A stretch of DNA of 64,000 bases, taken from contig CBDFFS010000009.1 in assembly GCA_965246815.1 (NCBI GenBank), positions 27,878 to 91,877 of the forward strand, given 5' to 3'. Shown here piece by piece: positions 20,023-28,698 of this stretch. Source of the stretch: Actinoplanes sp. (lineage in GTDB: Bacteria > Actinomycetota > Actinomycetes > Mycobacteriales > Micromonosporaceae). A program made the position numbers and the translations under genes. Below the pieces are notes generated by a model. It was not told the DNA's origin. It ran no database searches and saw only the letters and a list, made by a program, of their open reading frames with translations. How positions within the stretch are numbered: the first letter of the stretch is position 1; each line of letters starts with the position of its first letter.

Positions 20023-20370
20023 TTAATCCTTCGGGGGTTGGTTCAGGGGTTCCAGGTTGGTGAGGTAGAGGTCGCCGGCGCAGTCGAGGGCGTCTTGGGC
20101 GGTGCCGATCGGTTGGCCGTCGGGTAGGACGGAGTCTTGGTAGCCGTCACGACTGGCGAGGTAGATCGCGAAGCCCCACAGGTGTGCGGAGCGTTGGTAG
20201 CGCAGCCTCATCAGTGGGATGGTCTCACCCTCGGGTAGGTGCGCGTCGATGTAGGCGAACCCGGCCCGGTAGCGCACCACGATCCCGGGCAGCCCGGGCC
20301 AGTGGGCCTTCGCGTGCTCAGTGAGGCGTTGCTGCAACGACACCTTCGTCGATTCGGGGATCGCGGTCAC
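20023..20370 (-). CDS. IS630 passenger protein, 115 aa, unknown function
   Basis: MTAIPESTKVSLQQRL...PLMRLRY...WGFAIY...; lies inside the IRs and is intact in both copies; stop is inside the left IR. Confidence 0.75.
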   Translation of the reverse strand: MTAIPESTKVSLQQRLTEHAKAHWPGLPGIVVRYRAGFAYIDAHLPEGETIPLMRLRYQRSAHLWGFAIYLASRDGYQDSVLPDGQPIGTAQDALDCAGDLYLTNLEPLNQPPKD

Positions 20371-20493
20371 GGGTTCATCATGCCCGCACTGCTGCCGGCA
20401 GGCTCGCAGGCTGTGCGGGCTGCTTGGTCCGGGTGCTTGCCCACCGGGCAATAGATCGACTGTCTGCCATGTTCGGGTAGGCGGAGGTTTGTC

Positions 20494-21633
20494 ATGTCTG
20501 GTCCATCGGCCTGCCCGATCGTCTTGTCTATGCCCGAGCAGCAGCGTCTTGAACGCCGGGTCAGGACCGTGACCGAGCAACACCGGCACGTCTTACGCGC
20601 CACGATCATCTTGCTCGCTGCCCAGGGTTGGAGCAACGCGGCGATCGCGCGGCGGGTCGGGGTCTGTGTGGACACCGCCCGGACCTGGCGCGACCGCTAC
20701 GGCGCCTACGGCGAGGACGGCCTTCGAGATCGGGGCCGCCCCGGGCGGCCGCGTCGGTTCACCGACGTGCAGCAGGCCCAGGTCAAAGCGATCGCCTGTG
20801 AACTGCCCGCTGATCGGGGGATCCCGTTGTCGCGGTTTAGCCACGCCGATCTGGCTGCCGAAGCCGTCGACGTCGGGGTGGTCGAGGACATCTCGGCATC
20901 CACCGTGCGCCGGTGGCTACGCCGGGATGCGATCCGCCCCTGGCGCCACCAGTCATGGATCTTCCCGCGTGACCCAGACTTCGCCGTTAAGGCAGGCTGT
21001 GTCCTCGACCTATACGCCCGCACTTGGCACGGCGAGGTGCTCGGCGACGACGACTACGTCATCTCCGCCGATGAGAAGACCTCCGTGCAGGCCCGCTGCC
21101 GGTGTCATCCGAGCCTGCCACCCGGACTGGCCCGGATCATGCGGGTCAACCACGAATATGACCGGGGTGGGGCGCTGGCCTACCTCGCCGCGTACGACGT
21201 CCACCAGGCCAGGGTGTTCGGCCGTACCGAACCCACGACCGGCATTGTTCCGTTCGCGAACCTGGTCGCGCAGGTCATGGGCCGTGAGCCCTACTCCAGC
21301 GCCCGCCGAGTCTTCTGGATCACCGATAACGGCTCGTCACACCGCGGTCACAAAGCCATCGACCGGTTGGAAAACACCTGGCCGAACGCCACCCTGGTCC
21401 ACACACCAATCCACGCGAGCTGGGTCAACCAGGTCGAAATCTACTTTTCCATCGTGCAGCGCAAAGTCGTCACACCCAACGATTTCTACGACCTCAACGA
21501 CGTCACCAACCGGCTCACCGCATTCGAAGAGTTGTACAACCTCGCCGCCCGGCCCTTCAACTGGCGCTACACCAAAGCCGACCTCGCCACCACCCTCAAA
21601 CGCATCGCCGCTCACGAAACCGCCACCATCTGA
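20494..21633 (+). CDS. IS630-family transposase
   Basis: HTH region plus DDE triad (SADEK, TDNGSSH, NQVE). Confidence 0.95.
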   Translation: MSGPSACPIVLSMPEQQRLERRVRTVTEQHRHVLRATIILLAAQGWSNAAIARRVGVCVDTARTWRDRYGAYGEDGLRDRGRPGRPRRFTDVQQAQVKAIACELPADRGIPLSRFSHADLAAEAVDVGVVEDISASTVRRWLRRDAIRPWRHQSWIFPRDPDFAVKAGCVLDLYARTWHGEVLGDDDYVISADEKTSVQARCRCHPSLPPGLARIMRVNHEYDRGGALAYLAAYDVHQARVFGRTEPTTGIVPFANLVAQVMGREPYSSARRVFWITDNGSSHRGHKAIDRLENTWPNATLVHTPIHASWVNQVEIYFSIVQRKVVTPNDFYDLNDVTNRLTAFEELYNLAARPFNWRYTKADLATTLKRIAAHETATI

Positions 21634-21661
21634 CCCCCGAAGGATTAACGCCGAGGACCAC

Positions 21662-21901
21662 TAAGGCCTGGCGCGGGTGGGTGAACCAGACCGACTGACC
21701 GTCAAGCTCGATCGTGCCCGAGTCCCTGGTCAGCACTCCGGCGATCACCCGGGCGAGGGTGGATTTGCCCGAACCGTTCTCCCCCGCCAAAGCAACCACT
21801 TCGCCGTGGCTCACCGTAAAATTGACGTCATGCAACGCGGTGACCGGGCCGAAGGTCTTACCGATGCCACGAGCGCGCAACAGGGGTACTCGGGTGCTCA
21901 C
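21662..21901 (-). pseudogene. Sugar-type ABC ATPase, only the N-terminal 80 aa remain
   Basis: GIGKTFGPVTAL and GENGSGKST Walker A; cut by the IS at PRQAL. Confidence 0.85.
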
Positions 21902-21903
21902 CG

Positions 21904-22956
21904 TCAGTCCAGCTTGACGTAAGTCTTGCCGGCACGAGTTTCAAAGTCGATCGTGAACGGATTGTTCACCCGGTCCGCGATCGGCTGCCACGTACCGACA
22001 TTGCTCTGGTCTAGCTTGACCGTCGGTATCACGATCTCCGTTGGCACTGTTGCTCCACACAGGGCGCGTAAGGCCGCATAAGCCAACGCCTGCCCAGTCT
22101 TGTCGTACGGGACGCCGAAGGTCATCGCGATCTTGCCCGCCTGTACCAGCGGGATCGCGTCTGGTTGTCCGTTGATCGAGACGATCGCCGGAGTGAAGTC
22201 ACCGCCGAGTACGGAGGCTGCTCCGATGGCCGAAACGTCGTTGAAGGTCCAGATGCCTTTGAGGCCGGCGCCGTACTTCTGTTTCCACGCCTCCACTATC
22301 GATTTCGCGTCCGCCGGGGTGATCTTCTGATTGACCTGCGAGTCGACGACGTTCAGGCCCTCGGCCTTGGCTTGTGCCTCGAACGCGGCCTTTTCCCAGT
22401 TGAGCAATTCAGCAAAGGCCGGACCATAGATCGCTGCTACCTGACCAGTGCCGACCTTGCTCTTAAGCGCCTTCGCGCCTTCAGCCGCCCCGTATTCCAC
22501 TTCGTCGTGCACGGTGGTGTAATACGGCCCGCCGACCTTCGTATCGAGCACGATGATCGGAACCTTTTTCTGTTGTAGCTGCGCGAAAGCACCCTGAGTT
22601 GCGTTCGGGTCGACCGGGTTGGCGATAAGTACGCCGATCTGCTGCTGCATCAGCGTCTTGATATCGGAAATCTGCTTACCCGGGTCCAGATTGGCGTTAA
22701 CCGCCCGCAGCTTAGCGCCGTACTTGTCTAACGCCTTGGAAATGATTTGTTCGATGGCTTGGAAGTTGGGGTCCGGCAGCGGTTCGCTGAAGCCGACTGT
22801 CTTGCCCTTCGCGGCGGCACACCCGATGCCGTCGTCACCGGTGCCGCCGCTCGCACCGGTCGCACCCGGAGCGCCGGCGGCGCCACAGGCAGTTGGTCCG
22901 AGGAGCAGCACTGTCGCGGCCACAACGGCTATCATTCGGCGCTGTCGATGTTCCAT
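21904..22956 (-). CDS. RbsB-like ABC substrate-binding lipoprotein
   Basis: Lipobox-like GPTAC, periplasmic binding protein type 1 motifs (NPVD, WTFND, SINGQ). Confidence 0.85.
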   Translation of the reverse strand: MEHRQRRMIAVVAATVLLLGPTACGAAGAPGATGASGGTGDDGIGCAAAKGKTVGFSEPLPDPNFQAIEQIISKALDKYGAKLRAVNANLDPGKQISDIKTLMQQQIGVLIANPVDPNATQGAFAQLQQKKVPIIVLDTKVGGPYYTTVHDEVEYGAAEGAKALKSKVGTGQVAAIYGPAFAELLNWEKAAFEAQAKAEGLNVVDSQVNQKITPADAKSIVEAWKQKYGAGLKGIWTFNDVSAIGAASVLGGDFTPAIVSINGQPDAIPLVQAGKIAMTFGVPYDKTGQALAYAALRALCGATVPTEIVIPTVKLDQSNVGTWQPIADRVNNPFTIDFETRAGKTYVKLD

Positions 22957-23151
22957 TCGCCACCTCCGCAGGTGTGAGTCTCTGCCGGTCGTTATTGAGC
23001 TGACGCTTGGACCTTCCGGTTCTACCGCGCCGCTCGCGCCGGGGTGCAGTCCCGTGTCTCGCTGGACGGACTGTTTTCACTACGCCCCGAGACGCGGCAC
23101 ACTTGGGTCATGACCTCAGTGGATGGGCGATGGGCAGGTGCCACGCCATCG

Positions 23152-24009
23152 ATGTCCGATACGCCCCGCAGCGAGGCACCTAATACCGGCCGACCCAAGA
23201 TGCTGATCATGGACTTCTGCGGCGCGTACATGCGGCCGTTAGGCGGGTGGTTCGCGATCGCGAAGGTCGTCCAACTGATGAACCAGCTGGAGGTGGACGA
23301 GACGGCGACCCGGTCGGCACTGCTGCGCATGCGACGCAATGATCTGCTGGAGCCGCAGCAGCGCGACGGCGTACGCGGAGTGCAGCTGACCGAGCGAGCG
23401 CTCGCCGCGCTGACCGAAACCGAGCAGCGGATCTTCGGTCCACGGCCGTCGACACGACTGGCCGACGGCTGGGTTCTGGTGTCGTTCTCGATCCCGGAGG
23501 GCCAGCGCGCTGATCGACATATCCTGCGGTCGCGGCTGTCGTGGCTCGGGTTCGGCAACCTGAGCAACGGCCTTTGGATGGCGCCGAAGCGGCTGCGCCC
23601 CGAGCTAGAGCGGACCGTCCGCGAGCTGGGTTTCGAACATTACGTGCTGGTGTTTGAGGCGCACTATGCCGGCTTCACGGAGTTGACTTCGCTGGTCCGG
23701 CAAGCTTGGGACCTGGACGAGCTGGGTCGGCTCTACAAGCAGTTCGTCGATTGGTGTCAGCCGATCCTCACTCGCTGGTCGAGCGCCGGCCGAGCTGCCG
23801 GCCGGCTAGCGTTCGTGGACTACACGCTAGCTGTCTATCATTGGCGGAAATTTCCGTATTTGGATCCGGGGCTGCCGGCTGAGTTGCTGCCCCCAGGCTG
23901 GAGCGGGCACCGCGCAGTGGAGTTGTTCCTCGAGCTCCGGGCCCGCCTCGACGACGCCGCGCTCGACCATGTTCGCCGAGTATGTGCGGGCGGCGAGACG
24001 GCCCGCTGA
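23152..24009 (+). CDS. PaaX-family transcriptional regulator
   Basis: ATRSALLRMRR winged helix, LRSRLSWLGFG, DPGLPAELLPPGW; start codon uncertain. Confidence 0.88.
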   Translation: MSDTPRSEAPNTGRPKMLIMDFCGAYMRPLGGWFAIAKVVQLMNQLEVDETATRSALLRMRRNDLLEPQQRDGVRGVQLTERALAALTETEQRIFGPRPSTRLADGWVLVSFSIPEGQRADRHILRSRLSWLGFGNLSNGLWMAPKRLRPELERTVRELGFEHYVLVFEAHYAGFTELTSLVRQAWDLDELGRLYKQFVDWCQPILTRWSSAGRAAGRLAFVDYTLAVYHWRKFPYLDPGLPAELLPPGWSGHRAVELFLELRARLDDAALDHVRRVCAGGETAR

Positions 24010-24060
24010 GCGGACCGTCAGCTGCTGCCCAACCGACGCCGCGCCGGTAGCGTTCCCGCC

Positions 24061-25440
24061 GTGATCGACGGTTTCCGTGGCTCGGTCGTCGTCCCCGACG
24101 ACCCGGCATATGACGACGCGAGGCGCATCTGGAATCGCGCTGCTGGCGGCCGACCGGCGTTGATCGCTCGCTGTGCTGACGCCGACGATGTCAGTCGTGC
24201 CGTGCGGCTGGCCCGAAGCCGAGGGCTGCCGATGACAGTGCGCGCCGGCGGCCACAGCTTCGCCGGGTGGTCAATGATCGAGGACAGCGTGGTTCTCGAC
24301 CTACGCGACTTGACGGCTGTCACGGTCGAGGAGGATCGGCGAATTGCCCACCTCGGTGCGGGACTTCGCTGGGGGGCCGTCGATCACGCCTTGCGCGAAT
24401 CCGACCTCGCCACCGCCGGTGGGTCCGTGTCGACCGTCGGGGTCAGCGGCTTCACCCTCGGCACCGGTCTAGGTTTCCTGAGCCGCTCGCTCGGGCTGGC
24501 GGGCGACAACGTACTCGGTGCCACGGTGGTAACGGCCGACGGGGAAATCGCGCAGGTCGGACTGAACGCGGATCCGGAATTGTTCTGGGCGTTGCGTGGT
24601 GGGGGTGGCTGCGGGGTGGTCACCCAGTGGCAGATGCAATTACACCAGGTGCGCATGCCGGTGGCCGGTCCGCTGATTTATCCGATCGAGCAGGCGGCTC
24701 AGGTGCTGCGTCAAGTACTTCAAATCACCCACACTGCTCCAGCCGATTTCTCCTGGGCTGCGATCCTGACCACCGCACCACCCGACCCCGCCCTACCAGC
24801 ATCAATACGGGGAAAGCCTGCGTTGTTGTTGCCAGTCTTCAGCACTAGTGCCGATGCGGACGCCGTGGTGGCGCAACTGCGCCGCAGCACCCGACCAGTC
24901 CTCGATCTGGCTGGTCGGACTCCACTGGCCGCCTTCCACCGGTCCAGTGATGCCGCCGCACCCGACGGCAACTGTTGGGATGTCCGCTCCGAATGGCTCC
25001 ACGAGCTGGACGAGACTGCGCTGCAGGACGCAGCGGACCTGCTTGGTCGAGCGAGTTCGCCACTGAGTGAGGTGCTTCTGCGCCCGTTAGGCGGGGCAGT
25101 TGCGGCACCCAACGCGCCCGACACGCCGTTTTCGTTCCGGTCTGCCGCGTTTCTGGTGGAGGTGATCGCCCACTGGGCCGAAGGTGACGGTGCCGCGGAA
25201 CGCGCCTGGATGGTGCAGACCTGGTCCGCACTGCGCCGGTTGTCGGCCGGTGGGGCGGACGTCAACCACCTCGGTCTGGGTGAGGGGCCGGATCGGGCTT
25301 GCTCCGCCTATCACCCGGATGTGCTGGCCAGATTGGCGGCCGTTCGGCGTGCGTACGATCCAGACGGGGTATGGCTGAGCCCGTTAGTGCACCCAGCCGC
25401 AGGCTATTTGGCGCGGGAACGACGAATGGGAGGGTTTTGA
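24061..25440 (+). CDS. FAD-binding oxidase (BBE/VAO family)
   Basis: PDDPAYDDARRIWN, VRAGGHS, FWALRGGG, YDPDG. Confidence 0.88.
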   Translation: MIDGFRGSVVVPDDPAYDDARRIWNRAAGGRPALIARCADADDVSRAVRLARSRGLPMTVRAGGHSFAGWSMIEDSVVLDLRDLTAVTVEEDRRIAHLGAGLRWGAVDHALRESDLATAGGSVSTVGVSGFTLGTGLGFLSRSLGLAGDNVLGATVVTADGEIAQVGLNADPELFWALRGGGGCGVVTQWQMQLHQVRMPVAGPLIYPIEQAAQVLRQVLQITHTAPADFSWAAILTTAPPDPALPASIRGKPALLLPVFSTSADADAVVAQLRRSTRPVLDLAGRTPLAAFHRSSDAAAPDGNCWDVRSEWLHELDETALQDAADLLGRASSPLSEVLLRPLGGAVAAPNAPDTPFSFRSAAFLVEVIAHWAEGDGAAERAWMVQTWSALRRLSAGGADVNHLGLGEGPDRACSAYHPDVLARLAAVRRAYDPDGVWLSPLVHPAAGYLARERRMGGF

Positions 25441-25597
25441 GATGCTTGTCGTGACCGGACCAACCGGCAATGTGGGTGCCGAGGTCGTGCGCCTTCTCCT
25501 GGACAACGGAATCGAATTTCGCGCCGCCGCCCACGACCCGGACAAAACTCGTGCTTGGCACAACGAACCCGACCTTCCGGTGACACGGCTCGACTAT

Positions 25598-26480
25598 GAG
25601 GCTTATTCACCGAGCCTGAAAACTATACAGCAGAGACCCTTAAAAATAGGACGACTCGCCTTCCTCTAAGATGGAGTTACCACACAACATCTAAAGAAGA
25701 CGAGCCGCCGAAAATGTATCATACCACCGGACTTACCAAGGCTGAGATCGCCGACCTCGCCGACCGAGTTAAAGCAACGCTCACCGCTGGCGAGAAGGAA
25801 CCATGGCCACCGATTCTCGGACTTTTCCAAGCCGTTGTCGTCGCTTTAACTTACCTGCGCCGCAATCGGGTTCAAGCCGAGATTGCTGAGGCCTTTGGTG
25901 TGTCGCAAGCAACAATTTCTCGAGCGATAACCCGTCTCGTACCGCTGATCAACCTCGTATTGGATGAGTTCGTCCCGACCGTCGAGGAGCTTAGCGAGAA
26001 AAATCAGTACATCGTCGACGGTACTCTGCTCCCGTGCTGGTCATGGCGTTCTGACCGCACCTTACTCTCGGGTAAACATAAGACGACCGGACTGGGAGTA
26101 CAAGTCGCCTGCACGCTGGAGGGAAGACTCGTTTGGATTTCTGATCCCATCCACGGGAACCGACACGACTCATTCTGCCTACAGGAGTCGCAAGCGCTGA
26201 TCACCCACGACCCGGGTAACTGGATCGGTGACAAAGGCTACGTCGGCAATGGCATGCTCACCCCGTACAAAAAGCCGAAGGGTGGCGAGCTGAAGGATTG
26301 GCAGAAAAAATTCAACGGGCAGGTTAACCAAATTCGGTGGGTTGTCGAGCAAGTTATCGCCAACTTCAAGACTTGGAGGATCCTCCACACCGACTACCGG
26401 CGGCCGTTGGAGAGTTTCGCCGAAACGATATCTTGTGTCATTGGCCTCCACTTCTACAGAATGGTTCGTGAATAAGCCTC
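25598..26480. mobile_element. IS5-family (ISL2-like) element, 883 bp
   Basis: 13-bp IR gaggcttattcac; 3-bp TAT duplication (25595-25597 and 26481-26483); lower GC than flanks. Confidence 0.92.
25714..26475 (+). CDS. IS5-family transposase (DDE_Tnp_4-like)
   Basis: LTYLRRN HTH, VDGT, GDKGY, RWVVEQVIANFK. Confidence 0.9.
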   Translation: MYHTTGLTKAEIADLADRVKATLTAGEKEPWPPILGLFQAVVVALTYLRRNRVQAEIAEAFGVSQATISRAITRLVPLINLVLDEFVPTVEELSEKNQYIVDGTLLPCWSWRSDRTLLSGKHKTTGLGVQVACTLEGRLVWISDPIHGNRHDSFCLQESQALITHDPGNWIGDKGYVGNGMLTPYKKPKGGELKDWQKKFNGQVNQIRWVVEQVIANFKTWRILHTDYRRPLESFAETISCVIGLHFYRMVRE

Positions 26481-27317
26481 TATGACGACCGCAGCACTTG
26501 GCCGGCGGTGCTTGCCGACATCGAAACGTTGTTCCTGCTCTTCCCGTTGCCCAGCCCTAAAGCGGTAAACGGGCGCATGATCCCATTCATCGACGCCGCT
26601 GTCGCCGCCGGCTGTAAACACATCGTCTACTTGTCCGTCTTCGGGGGCGACTCCGTCAAATTTATTCCGCACTATCCGGTGGAGCGTTATCTGGAAGGGT
26701 GCGGCGTACCCTTCACGATCTTGCGGTGCAGTTACTTCATGCAGAATCTGTGCCGCTGGGTCTCGACGCACGGCGTAGACATCATGGACCGGGGTGAAGT
26801 CTTCATTCCGGCAGGCAAGGGCCGGATCACGTTCCTCGATTCCCGTGACGCAGCGATTATCGCCGTGGACGCTTTGACCCACCTCGATCGCCACCTGAAC
26901 AAGTCATATGCGTTGACCGGCCCGCAGCGTTTGGGCTTCGACGAGGTGGCGGGGCTGCTCACCGGTGCGCTGCAGCGCCCGGTGCGCTACCGCCATCCGT
27001 CCCTGCCGCGGTTCTGGTGGCGACTGCATCGGCGTGGGGTCGGGATCGACACCATCGCCTTCATGTCCGGCGTCTACACCCTCACCCGGCTCGGCCGCAA
27101 CGAGCCAGTCACCGATGAACTAGCCGGATTGCTCGGCCGCCCGCCGCGCACACTGCGCGAATTCGCGGCCGACTACGCCTGGCGGTTTGAGGCTCGCACC
27201 TGGACCTGAGCCATCGCCACCCGGCCACAACAGCCCGCACGCTACGTCCGCAACCGCGGACATCGCGTGCGGGCTGTTTGCTGTTCCGCTGACCGGAACT
27301 GGCAGGTATCTCCGACC

Positions 27318-27477
27318 GTTCACACGTGTTAATAATTATTTCGTCATCCAGTCATTTGCATCATTCAATTTCTACTAAATGTTCGGTATCGAGCAGTCAG
27401 GGACTACCTGACCGGGGGTTTGCAACCACGTTTTAAACCAGAATTGTGTCGTCAGTGTTGGGCCCTAGGAGGGACCG
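27318..27477 (+). promoter_or_regulatory. AT-rich upstream region of the monooxygenase-methyltransferase operon
   Basis: Palindromes acacgtgt and aataattatt, inverted repeat gtcagg-N5-cctgac, GGAGG before ATG 27478. Confidence 0.5.
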
Positions 27478-28698
27478 ATGGCGAGGACAGGAAATCGACA
27501 CGATCAGCGAGCAATTGTGGTCGGCGGAGGGTTGGGCGGGGTCGCTGCCGCAGTCGCCCTTCGTGCAGTCGGCCACGATGTGCTTGTCCTCGAACGACGG
27601 TCGACTCCCCCTGAGTCGAATTCCGGCATTCTGTTGTGGCCTAACGGCGTGCGAGCACTCGACGCGTTAGGCATCGGCGAGAAAATCCGGCGTTACGCCA
27701 TTGCCGATCGCCCGATGGGCATCTGTGACCGCCGCGGTGACTGGCTGGCCCCGGGAGACTCCGGACAGTTTGCCCGCCACTTCCAGGCACCGGCGGTATT
27801 GGTGCCCCGCATGCAGTTGCACGGTCTGCTCTCCGCCGAGTTGCCACCAGAGGCCGTCGGCTGTGGCTATGAGCTGCAGGGCTTCACCCAACATCCAGAC
27901 GGCGTAGAGGTGCGTTACCTCGGGCCCAGCGGCGCTAGAAAAGAGTTCACCACCCTGATGGTCGCCGCGGACGGTGGCTTCAGCGTGGTTCGTCGCTCAC
28001 TATTTCCCCAAGCCCGCCACCAGTACGCCGGGTTCACGGTGTGGCGCGGAACGGTGCCAGGACCGGTTGACCTGGGCGTGCAGAAGTGGGGCGAGACCTG
28101 GGCCGACGGCAAGATTTTCGGCCTGTTAGCCCTGGCAGACGACTCTGTGTACTGGTTCGCTGCCGCACCCACAGCGGCGGGCCGGGCCTATCCAGATGAA
28201 GCGGCCGAGGTCACGGCCCGGTTTGCCGGCTGGCCGGAGCACATTCTCCGAGCTGTTTCCCTCACCCCGCACGAGCGCCTGATGCGCCATGACGCCTACC
28301 AGTTGCGCCCTGGCCCCGATCGGTACGTCAGCGGGTCAGTTGCGTTGCTCGGTGACGCAGCCCATCTCATGACACCTAACCTCGCTCAGGGTGCCTGTCA
28401 AGCGTTCGAGGACGCGGTGGAGTTGGCAGCAGCCGTCTCCGGCGGCGGGGACATGCGGACCTCTTTAGCTCGCTACGACCAGCAACGCCGTCCACGGGCC
28501 ACCGAGGTAGCAGAAAGATCATGGCGCTCGGCGCGGTTCAGCATGGTGCGCAGCCCGGTGATAATGGCAGCGCGCAACCGGATCATGCGACGCGCGGCGG
28601 CCTCTGGGGCACCCAGCGATTTAGCGCCCGTGCTTAATTGGGACCCGCCGATCCTCGCACCCACTGCAGTCGGTCCCGAACCTCGACAGGCCCCGTGA
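27478..28698 (+). CDS. Group A flavoprotein monooxygenase
   Basis: GGGLGG, AADGGFS, LGDAAH...NLAQGACQAFEDA. Confidence 0.88.
   Translation: MARTGNRHDQRAIVVGGGLGGVAAAVALRAVGHDVLVLERRSTPPESNSGILLWPNGVRALDALGIGEKIRRYAIADRPMGICDRRGDWLAPGDSGQFARHFQAPAVLVPRMQLHGLLSAELPPEAVGCGYELQGFTQHPDGVEVRYLGPSGARKEFTTLMVAADGGFSVVRRSLFPQARHQYAGFTVWRGTVPGPVDLGVQKWGETWADGKIFGLLALADDSVYWFAAAPTAAGRAYPDEAAEVTARFAGWPEHILRAVSLTPHERLMRHDAYQLRPGPDRYVSGSVALLGDAAHLMTPNLAQGACQAFEDAVELAAAVSGGGDMRTSLARYDQQRRPRATEVAERSWRSARFSMVRSPVIMAARNRIMRRAAASGAPSDLAPVLNWDPPILAPTAVGPEPRQAP

Larger units (their letters stand above)
20010..21661. mobile_element. IS630-family element, copy 1 (1652 bp, 29-bp terminal inverted repeats)
   Basis: IR gtggtcctcggcgttaatccttcgggggt at both ends; flanks TTA / TAA. 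Confidence 0.93.
25442..27209 (+). pseudogene. NmrA/SDR-like NAD(P)-binding protein interrupted by an IS5-family element
   Basis: VTGPTGNVG N-half (25442-25597) and C-half (26484-27209) rejoin in frame as ...RLDY|DDRSTW..., 293 aa. Confidence 0.9.

Noticed and set aside
20666-21664. 332-aa and 346-aa overlapping ORFs within the IS630 transposases (also 33941-34981)
   Set aside because: Pro/Ser/Thr-rich off-frame products typical of high-GC codon bias.
27367-27378. AATTTCTACTAA matches the start of the Cas12a crRNA handle
   Set aside because: Single copy, the pairing GTAGA arm is absent, no spacers or cas genes; likely chance in an AT-rich patch.
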